From Candidatus Obscuribacterales bacterium (GTDB lineage Bacteria; Cyanobacteriota; Vampirovibrionia; Obscuribacterales; Obscuribacteraceae), in NCBI GenBank assembly GCA_965228855.1, contig CBDDIJ010000002.1, positions 1,568,001 through 1,632,000 of the forward strand: a stretch of DNA of 64,000 nt, in the 5' to 3' direction. How positions within the stretch are numbered: position 1 is the first letter of the stretch; each line of letters begins with the position of its first letter. Under the pieces are notes generated by a model. The model saw nothing but the letters and a program-made list of their open reading frames with translations, made no database searches and had not been told where the DNA came from. This document shows, piece by piece, positions 57,293 to 64,000 of the stretch. Position numbers and translations under genes: made by a program.

Positions 57293-57502
57293 GCGTAAAC
57301 CTCCTCGGTCGCGTGTTTCACGCGACTGCTAAATGACCTAAGGGAGAGAGACATGGGTTCCTGGTGAACGCCCGGGCTGGGGTTCACGAAAATAAAGGGA
57401 TTCTAAAGGCACCACTTAACACAACTATATACGCAAAATAGTTCCTTGCAATAGCAAAAGTCTCGCCCCAATCTTAACCTCTACTAATAGTTCCCGTAAG
57501 GC

Positions 57503-58402
57503 TTGCCCAGTGGAACTTCGGTCGACCATCGTCGTCAGATAAAATCGTCAGCCGCGGCATTTATCTTAAGCGGCTCACATCTTGAGGAGCTGGTTGTGAT
57601 CAAATCAGACTGTTCTCGATCTCTTCGACGTACCTGCGGTGCGTTTTGCGTTTTGCTTACAGTACAGACGGCCAGTCCGGAGCTAGCGCAGGCGTTTCCC
57701 GGCGACTCTCTCCTTCCAAAGGGCTTGCGATTCTCGCGCGACAAGGGCAAGGAGCAGCCGGATTCAGCCGCAACCAGTTCACTCTCCGGTTCCGGCGCAT
57801 CAAATGCTCAAGGTCGCTCGCCTTCCGCAATGCCGATTGAAACTGGCAGGGACGTAAGTCCTCAGGCTGTAAAGTCGCTGCAGCCCTACTTCAATGATAT
57901 CCCCAACTTACGATACGTCTCCGGGCGATTGCTTCGAGGCGGTCAGCCCTCCGACCAGGGGTTAGCGTTTCTCAAAGATATCGGCGTTAGAACCATCATC
58001 AATTTGCGAACGGAACCGGTTTTGATCGCGCGCGAGAAAATCGCTGCGGAGCGGCTTGGACTCAAGTATGTCGAGTTGCCGACCTATACGGTTCAGGAAC
58101 CGGACGCTAAGCAGTTTCAAACATTTCTGTCCGTTGCTACAAACCCTGCTGATGGACCTGTCTATGTGCATTGCTACCACGGTAGAGATCGCACTGGCAC
58201 CATGGTTGGTGCCTACCGAATTGCAGAAAACGGTTGGACTTTCGACGCCGCGTTTCAGGAAATGATGGCATGCGGCTTCCGTCCTGGTTTCGCACCGCTC
58301 ACGAACGGACTTCACAGGTTTGCTCAAGCTCGCGGCGACAAATCTCCACTTCCGACCAGCAGCTTCATCATGTCAGACCTGGCGAAACGTTTTCACAGAT
58401 AG
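57503..58402 (+). CDS. Cys-based (dual-specificity/tyrosine) protein phosphatase, probably exported
   Basis: RGGQP, IINLR and P-loop VHCYHGRDRTG (CX5R). Start uncertain. Confidence 0.88.
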   Translation: MPSGTSVDHRRQIKSSAAAFILSGSHLEELVVIKSDCSRSLRRTCGAFCVLLTVQTASPELAQAFPGDSLLPKGLRFSRDKGKEQPDSAATSSLSGSGASNAQGRSPSAMPIETGRDVSPQAVKSLQPYFNDIPNLRYVSGRLLRGGQPSDQGLAFLKDIGVRTIINLRTEPVLIAREKIAAERLGLKYVELPTYTVQEPDAKQFQTFLSVATNPADGPVYVHCYHGRDRTGTMVGAYRIAENGWTFDAAFQEMMACGFRPGFAPLTNGLHRFAQARGDKSPLPTSSFIMSDLAKRFHR

Positions 58403-58413
58403 ACCTACCGATA

Positions 58414-58755
58414 CTATTGCCCGGCTCCCTTATTCAGCTCGTCAATAAGGTATTCGACGCCCTCGCATGTAACCTGGTAGCCTGAATTTGTTTTCGTAAT
58501 CATGGCATTATCAACTAAATGCTCGATTGATTTTGTGCAGAGGCTGTCTTCCAGTTGGAGAATTTCAGCGAGGTACTCCGCGGGCAAGGACGCATCAATC
58601 TGCAGAACGGAGGAGTAATAGATAAGAAGCGTATCTCTGTGGGCCGGTGGCGTTTTTGATAGGTCAAGCTTTTCGAGTTTCCTTACTTTCCATTCCAATA
58701 GAACTTGAATTATTGCCAATCGTGATTCTATTTCTTCCCAGTTGACCATGACCAT
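58414..58755 (-). CDS. Hypothetical protein, possible winged-helix
   Basis: 113-aa ORF. C-terminal LAEILQL...IEHLVDNAMI...YQVTCEGVEYL resembles a wHTH wing. Confidence 0.55.
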   Translation of the reverse strand: MVMVNWEEIESRLAIIQVLLEWKVRKLEKLDLSKTPPAHRDTLLIYYSSVLQIDASLPAEYLAEILQLEDSLCTKSIEHLVDNAMITKTNSGYQVTCEGVEYLIDELNKGAGQ

Positions 58756-58847
58756 TTCCTCTGCCGCTTCTTTATTATCGGTGCGGTGTGAGGCAGGAGC
58801 AAGTCCGCGTCAAAGTCGGACTCGCTCCCACTCCCAAAAGACCGTGG

Positions 58848-60227
58848 TTAAGGTTTCAACCGGTTGATGTCGCGTGGAAACAGCGCTGTTTGCTTGATTG
58901 TGGGCAAGCCTAGAAGTTGTTTCGTTATGCGTTCCAATCCGATTGCCAGACCACCGTGCGGCGGCATGCCGTATTTGAAGCACTGCAAATACTCCGCGAA
59001 GTCCTCGGGATTCAGACCACGGCCGGCTATTGAGTTGCAGAGCTCTTCGTACTCGTGGATACGCTGCCCGCCTGTCGTCACCTCGAGTCCGCGGAACAAC
59101 AAGTCGAAGCCGCGGCTCATCTTCGGCGAATTGCCGTTCGAGAGCGGTTCCGTCAGTGGATGGGTGTAGAACGGTCGTGCTGCCAGTGGATAGTGTTTCA
59201 CGTACAGAAGTTCGCAACCGGTCTCTTTGCGGAAGTGTTCGCACAGTAATCGCTCGCCTTCTGGGTCCAGGTCGCTCTCTCCCTCCTGCTTCCAACCGAG
59301 TTTTGAAGACAAAAGTTTCAACGCTTCAGTCAGGCTGATTTGAGGAATCGTTTCAAACTCAGGAACTTCAGCTCCGTACATCGCCAACTCTTCTACACAA
59401 GTTTCTTGTACGTGTGCGAAAATATGGCGCAGCAAGCGGACCTGCATGTTGATGATGTCTTGCTCCGATTCGATAAATCCCATCTCGAAGTCGAGGCTTA
59501 TGTACTCGTTCAGGTGTCTCGAAGTGTCGTGTTCTTCAGCGCGATAAACTGCTGCTGTTTCGAACACGCGTTCATAAACGCCGACCATGATTTGCTTGTA
59601 GAACTGTGGACTCTGAGCGAGAAACGCGTTAGTTCCAAAATAGTCGAGTTTGAACAGCTGAGCACCGCCCTCGGTACCAGTCGCCACAATCTTTGGAGAA
59701 TGAATTTCAACAAAGTTTTCCTTCGTAAGAAACTCGCGGAACGCTTGTGTGATTGCCGCTTCGATTTTGAAGATTGCCTTCACCTTTGGGTTTCGAAGAG
59801 TGATCGGTCTATAGTCAAGCAGCGTTGAAAGACCGAGCGAATCCATTTTTTGTTCTTTCGATAGCTCGACCGGCGGAATTTCTTTGTTATGGGCAAGTCG
59901 TTTGAGAACCGTCGCTTGAATCTCGGAACCGCCTTCCTTGCGCCCCTGCGCAACGACTAATCCTTGAACACGCACAGGTGTTTCAAGAACTATTTCACGT
60001 GCAACTGCGACAAGCGATTCTTTTTCGACGACTACTTGGATAATTCCTGAGGCGTCGCGAACGTTCAAGAAATAGAGTTTTCCAAGGTCGCGCAGCGAGT
60101 GTACGTGCCCGGCGATATGCACGACATCACCGATTCGTCGCGTAGCTTCCTTGACGGAAATTCGCTCCTCCGTACACTCACATTCCTCACATTCACTTTC
60201 CGATTTGCTTTTCAATTCAGTACTCAT
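58848..60227 (-). CDS. aspS: Archaeal-type, probably non-discriminating aspartate--tRNA(Asp/Asn) ligase
   Basis: OB fold, EGGAQLF, LAQSPQFYKQ, YRAEEHDTSRHLNEY, TTGGQRIH and YGMPPHGGLAIGLER. About 460 aa, lacking the bacterial GAD insertion. ATG 60227 follows SD GGAGG. Confidence 0.92.
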   Translation of the reverse strand: MSTELKSKSESECEECECTEERISVKEATRRIGDVVHIAGHVHSLRDLGKLYFLNVRDASGIIQVVVEKESLVAVAREIVLETPVRVQGLVVAQGRKEGGSEIQATVLKRLAHNKEIPPVELSKEQKMDSLGLSTLLDYRPITLRNPKVKAIFKIEAAITQAFREFLTKENFVEIHSPKIVATGTEGGAQLFKLDYFGTNAFLAQSPQFYKQIMVGVYERVFETAAVYRAEEHDTSRHLNEYISLDFEMGFIESEQDIINMQVRLLRHIFAHVQETCVEELAMYGAEVPEFETIPQISLTEALKLLSSKLGWKQEGESDLDPEGERLLCEHFRKETGCELLYVKHYPLAARPFYTHPLTEPLSNGNSPKMSRGFDLLFRGLEVTTGGQRIHEYEELCNSIAGRGLNPEDFAEYLQCFKYGMPPHGGLAIGLERITKQLLGLPTIKQTALFPRDINRLKP

Positions 60228-60236
60228 AACGCCTCC

Positions 60237-60268
60237 AAACAAAAAACCGCAACTCTCAGAGTCGCGGT
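60237..60268 (-). terminator. Attenuator terminator in the aspS leader
   Basis: Minus strand ACCGCGACTC-TGA-GAGTTGCGGT followed by TTTTTGTTT, immediately before the aspS SD. Confidence 0.88.
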
Positions 60269-60323
60269 CGTCGTATTTTTTGAGGTTGTTTACTTCGCTA
60301 ACACCACAAAACAGACGACCGCG
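60263..60323 (-). promoter_or_regulatory. Antiterminator helix of the aspS attenuator
   Basis: CGCGGTCGTC (60323-60314) is perfectly complementary to GACGACCGCG (60272-60263), which overlaps the 5' arm of the terminator. Confidence 0.85.
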
Positions 60324-60375
60324 CTGGGCGATTATCTGCGTCGTTATTATTATTGTTAGCGATGTTGAACAACAC
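60298..60375 (-). CDS. Asn/Asp-rich leader peptide of aspS (25 aa)
   Basis: GTG TTG TTC AAC ATC GCT AAC AAT AAT AAT AAC GAC GCA GAT AAT CGC...TAG = MLFNIANNNNNDADNRPARSSVLWC. Weak SD (AGGT) upstream. Confidence 0.8.
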   Translation of the reverse strand: MLFNIANNNNNDADNRPARSSVLWC

Positions 60376-60422
60376 GATGTTGAAACCTAATTTTCCGCGA
60401 GCCGATTGCTTGCGATTTATTG

Positions 60423-60452
60423 ATCCTACGGCCGACTTTTCGGTCGCGTCAA
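60423..60452 (-). promoter_or_regulatory. Putative sigma70-type promoter for the aspS leader
   Basis: Minus strand TTGACG-N18-TAGGAT. Confidence 0.55.
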
Positions 60453-60549
60453 TGATCTGTTAACTAACCCGCCAAAGTTTTTTTAGTCTGCGCAATTCAT
60501 CTTAGACATTGAAGTAGTATAAATACAACCAAAGACGGAGCGCGCCGAG

Positions 60550-61179
60550 ATGACGCATTCAGAACCTGCTAGTCCTTGCGAGACTTTTCTCCGCAAAGTT
60601 CGAGATGTTCCGATTCCGGACGCAATCAATGCGGGGCTCGAGACCCTCGTGCAAGCCGTCGATGCTGAGCAGGGTTCGATATGTTTGATCGTTCATGATG
60701 TAATTAAGGTAGCCTACCGATTTGAGCGAGGTTCGCGTTCGACCGAGATTGATGCGGTCACCCTATCAGCGCAGAAAGCCATGCAACTGGTACTTGGGGT
60801 GATGGGAGCGCGATATGACATACCGATTTCGTTCGATAACTCGGACTCCGCGAAATTGCATTGGGCGCCGTTCTTTGAACTTTGTGGTGCGGACTATCGT
60901 TCTAACCTGATTGCACATCTTGGTTTTGGCGGAGCGTTCCTCGGAATTCTGACCGCTCAATCAAATCGTGGAGACTCGTTCTCCAGCGATCAATTAAGGC
61001 AATTCATGATGATGGCAAATGCAATTTCTTTCGCGATCCATCACGAAAGGCTTGTAGAGAAGCTCCAGGACGAAATTGCCTTTTTCGAAAGGGCGCATCC
61101 GAACTCCAGCCGGGCGGACCAAACCTGGGAAGGCTGGATCGCTGAGTCCAGGTCCATAGACGCGAACAGTGATTCGTAA
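60550..61179 (+). CDS. Stand-alone GAF-like domain protein
   Basis: SD acggag. GAF-like pattern: DAEQGSICLI, SNLIAHL...FLGILTAQ and FSSDQLRQFMMMANAISFAI. Confidence 0.65.
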   Translation: MTHSEPASPCETFLRKVRDVPIPDAINAGLETLVQAVDAEQGSICLIVHDVIKVAYRFERGSRSTEIDAVTLSAQKAMQLVLGVMGARYDIPISFDNSDSAKLHWAPFFELCGADYRSNLIAHLGFGGAFLGILTAQSNRGDSFSSDQLRQFMMMANAISFAIHHERLVEKLQDEIAFFERAHPNSSRADQTWEGWIAESRSIDANSDS

Positions 61180-61253
61180 TCTTGTCCGAAGTGAGCGCAA
61201 CAGAGAAGAAAATCGATGGGCTTCCCAGCTGCGTCTAAAGAAGACGACTAAGT

Positions 61254-62720
61254 CTAATTCGCTTCTGATTCGCCGGAAGGTTCGGCCGACTCTGGCGCGG
61301 GGACAGGCTCCTTGCAGGACTCATCGGCGAGCTTTGCGCCTACGCTGTCGATGTTCATGATGTCGCCGAGCATCCACGACCAAATGTCCTTCTCGCCATC
61401 TTCGGGCCTGAGTTCGTCTGAGATTTTACGTCCGGCGGTGACCAGAGGGCGAGCTCCATCAATATATGTAAGGTGGTCGACGTCCTTGAAGGCTCGGGCC
61501 AACTTAACATCAGTGCGGTCACGAAGTTTTTTGACAGAGTCGAACGAAATTAGTGGTACCGCATTCAGTGTCTCAGCAGAGAGGAATAGTGAGCTGGAAA
61601 GCGGCGTGATTCCATCGTTGAGTGCAAACAAGAACGGCGGATTGACTTTGTCTTTCCAGGTCTTATTGACTTGCACGCTCGCGATGTCACGGTTCAACAG
61701 CTTCAGAACCGGGTGTTCTCTAGCGATGTGCGCCGGCAGTTTAATGGTCCAGAATGTGAAAGGATACATTGCCGTGTTCTCAACCCAGCGCTCTGCTTTG
61801 GGTTCGAGATACGGATTTGAGATGTAGCCACCGTAAGTGATGAATTTCCGTTTTACGCTCGCGCCGTTTTCGTTCAACTGCTGCAGACGGGTGTTTGTCG
61901 TCTTTTCCACGCTGAGTTCACCCTTTGGACCAAACCAGAGTTTGGATTTGAACTTTCCACCCTCCGGAATCGTTTTGTCGATGTCGTCCCAGCCGAGGTC
62001 TGCCAGCAGGTTTTTGTTTCTATCGAAGTACAACTTCATAGCCAGGCTATGGTCGATTCGCGTCCATGGCATGGAAAGGCGCTTGTAGAGCGAATATTGC
62101 ATCCAGTCTTCGTTAAACAGCGGTGAGCCGTGGAAGGGTGAACCCATGGCCATGACTGCTTTGATCTTGCTCTCAGTATTCGGGTCGAGCATCGCCTCAT
62201 AGACGAGGTTGCCACCCATGCTGAGCGCCATAATCGTGATCGGACGTTCGTTACAGGCTGCGTACAATTTATCTATTGCTTTTGAAAACTTAGGTGTGGT
62301 GTTCTCCAGCCTTGTGAGGGTGGGATACCGGCAGAAGAAGATTTTGTAGCTCTTCTCAAAGTTAGGGTCTCTCTTAAAGTGTTCCGAAACCTTTTGCCAT
62401 CTGAAGTAAGGGTAAAACTCTCCACGCAAGCCATGAACCATCAAAAGCGGTTTGCGGTCGCCAAGTGGCGTGTTGTCGTACTGGTAAAGCGAAACCTCGT
62501 CGAATGGCTTCTTTAGCTCTTTCTTCTGGGTCGGAGGTGTCACGAAAGCGTCTGATACTAAAGAAAGATCGCTGCCGGAAATATCTTGGGCTGTTGCCAA
62601 GCGCGAAGGTTCGCTATTTGCGGGCATAAAGTAGAAGCCCGATAGCGTGGCGGCTGTGACAGCGCTCAAGGCGATTCGCGCAGACCGTTTTCCAACAGAG
62701 TGATACATTATCGTGGTCAC
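61254..62720 (-). CDS. Exported alpha/beta hydrolase (lipase/esterase-like)
   Basis: LLMVHG oxyanion region, ALSMGG nucleophile elbow, GSPFHGS, NDGITP and DH. Confidence 0.85.
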   Translation of the reverse strand: MTTIMYHSVGKRSARIALSAVTAATLSGFYFMPANSEPSRLATAQDISGSDLSLVSDAFVTPPTQKKELKKPFDEVSLYQYDNTPLGDRKPLLMVHGLRGEFYPYFRWQKVSEHFKRDPNFEKSYKIFFCRYPTLTRLENTTPKFSKAIDKLYAACNERPITIMALSMGGNLVYEAMLDPNTESKIKAVMAMGSPFHGSPLFNEDWMQYSLYKRLSMPWTRIDHSLAMKLYFDRNKNLLADLGWDDIDKTIPEGGKFKSKLWFGPKGELSVEKTTNTRLQQLNENGASVKRKFITYGGYISNPYLEPKAERWVENTAMYPFTFWTIKLPAHIAREHPVLKLLNRDIASVQVNKTWKDKVNPPFLFALNDGITPLSSSLFLSAETLNAVPLISFDSVKKLRDRTDVKLARAFKDVDHLTYIDGARPLVTAGRKISDELRPEDGEKDIWSWMLGDIMNIDSVGAKLADESCKEPVPAPESAEPSGESEAN

Positions 62721-62851
62721 CGGGTGAGGGGTTATAAGCTAGGGTTTAAACGTTTAGCGTTTTGTTAGCCAGCGTTTAGCCTACACCTAACCAAGATTAT
62801 CAGATTATCCTCTATGCTTAACTTAGACAATTCAGGAGTCCAGAAAGATTA

Positions 62852-64000
62852 ATGCGTAACCCAAGAATATGCGTCTTTTTCTCTGATACTGGCGGTGGTC
62901 ATAGAAGCGCTGCTGAAGCGGTTGAACAGGCACTTCTGGATTTGCTGAATCAGGTAGAACCGGACAGTCCGTCGGCCGAAATACTTGTGGACAATGGAGT
63001 TGAGAAGAGCCATCCGGTAAACCGTTACTTCGTTCAGCTTTACAATTATCTGCTTCGTCACAACCAATCAATGATGAAGTACTACTACTGGTTTATCGAG
63101 CAGACCAAGCCGAATAACTCCGAGTATGGCTATCAGGTCTCGAAACCGTATCTGCTCAAGTTGATCGAAGAGAGCGATGTGGACATGATTGTGTCCGTTC
63201 ATCCGATGAGCAATCACTATCTCGCTCGCGCAATCAAGGATTCAGGCCGGGACGTCAAGTTGATCACGGTAGTGACTGACCCGAACGGAGATTTCTGGAG
63301 CGGTTGGGCTTGTCCTGATGCTGACTTGACGATAGTTCCGAATGATCTCGGTCGCGATCGCCTGTTGTCGTGGGGAATCAAGCCCGAAAAAATTATGATG
63401 GCCGGTATGCCGGTTCACCCGGACTTCATCAAGCCGCCCACGACCAGCAGAGCTGAGTTCCTTGCTCATCTGGGTTTGTCTCCTGATAAACCGACTGTGT
63501 GCATCAACGCCGGTTGGGCTGGTGGTGGCAACACTCTCGCGATCTATAAGGCGTTGGCACAAAACAATCGCCATGCCCAGGTCGTCTTCCTTTGCGGTCA
63601 CAACACCGAGCTCTATGAGCGCGTCAAGCGCGAAGCGAAGGACTCAGGCATTCCAACTGCCATTTTGCCGTTCCACGATCGAATGTCGGATTTGATGAGT
63701 GCCGTTGACCTGATGGTCACGAAAGCCGGCGGTTTAACTTCGTTTGAAGCAATTGCTCGTCGTTTGCCGATGGCAATCGACATGATTACTCTTCCGATGC
63801 CGCAAGAACTGGGAACAGCAAGAATGCTCTGTGAGCAGGGCGTTGCCTCAGCAATTGAGAAGCCCGAAGACATCATTGATGTTGTAAACCGAATCAAAGT
63901 TCGCACCCCGGAAAATGAGATGGTTTTGCCTTCTGCACACGGTCTTAACAAGGTCGGAGCTGTTTACGACATAGCCTCGACAGTGTTGAATATGGCTGGT
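62852..64000 (+). CDS. GT28 glycosyltransferase, MGDG synthase/UgtP-like (partial, runs off window end)
   Basis: Not in ORF track. SD aggag, then ATG 62852: MRNPRICVFFSDTGGGHRSAAEA...IVSVHP...TVVTD...GMPVHPDF...CGHN...DLMVTKAGGLTSFEA. Confidence 0.9.
   Translation, partial: MRNPRICVFFSDTGGGHRSAAEAVEQALLDLLNQVEPDSPSAEILVDNGVEKSHPVNRYFVQLYNYLLRHNQSMMKYYYWFIEQTKPNNSEYGYQVSKPYLLKLIEESDVDMIVSVHPMSNHYLARAIKDSGRDVKLITVVTDPNGDFWSGWACPDADLTIVPNDLGRDRLLSWGIKPEKIMMAGMPVHPDFIKPPTTSRAEFLAHLGLSPDKPTVCINAGWAGGGNTLAIYKALAQNNRHAQVVFLCGHNTELYERVKREAKDSGIPTAILPFHDRMSDLMSAVDLMVTKAGGLTSFEAIARRLPMAIDMITLPMPQELGTARMLCEQGVASAIEKPEDIIDVVNRIKVRTPENEMVLPSAHGLNKVGAVYDIASTVLNMAG

Noticed and set aside
60237..60420. T-box riboswitch upstream of aspS
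   Set aside because: There is no contiguous T-box antiterminator consensus (GGTGGnACC) and no recognisable stem I. The uORF and overlapping helices fit leader-peptide attenuation better.
62832..63951. Minus-strand ORFs listed at the window end
   Set aside because: They are antisense to the plus-strand GT28 gene, which the track omits because it has no stop codon in the window.

Overview
This is a gene-dense bacterial chromosomal window at roughly balanced GC. Its gene content suggests a non-photosynthetic Cyanobacteriota relative (Vampirovibrionia/Melainabacteria, Obscuribacterales-like); this is inference, based on a cyanobacterial-type RecG N-terminus, several Hanks-type Ser/Thr kinases, many TPR proteins, orphan Tad pseudopilins and giant low-complexity proteins. 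Recognisable genes are recG, putrescine aminotransferase (patA), hutH, lnt, recA, a Crp/Fnr regulator, addB-addA, an EamA transporter, an MBOAT + SGNH O-acyltransferase pair, a Cys-based protein phosphatase, an archaeal-type non-discriminating aspS, a GT28 glycolipid synthase, tRNA-Val(CAC) and tRNA-Arg(CCG). I found no CRISPR array, integrase or transposase. The most striking feature is absent from the ORF track: a complete ribosome-mediated transcription attenuator upstream of aspS. It has a sigma70-like promoter, a 25-aa leader peptide (MLFNIANNNNNDADNRPARSSVLWC; 7 Asn, 2 Asp) and mutually exclusive antiterminator and terminator helices. That arrangement could sense both tRNA pools charged by this synthetase. 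Other leads are a QLSLF beta-clamp motif inside an AddA insertion, a tandem pair of paralogous giant YD/RHS-like proteins, a pseudokinase, a kinase with a duplicated Cys4 motif, and structured leaders near patA and a thioredoxin-like gene.
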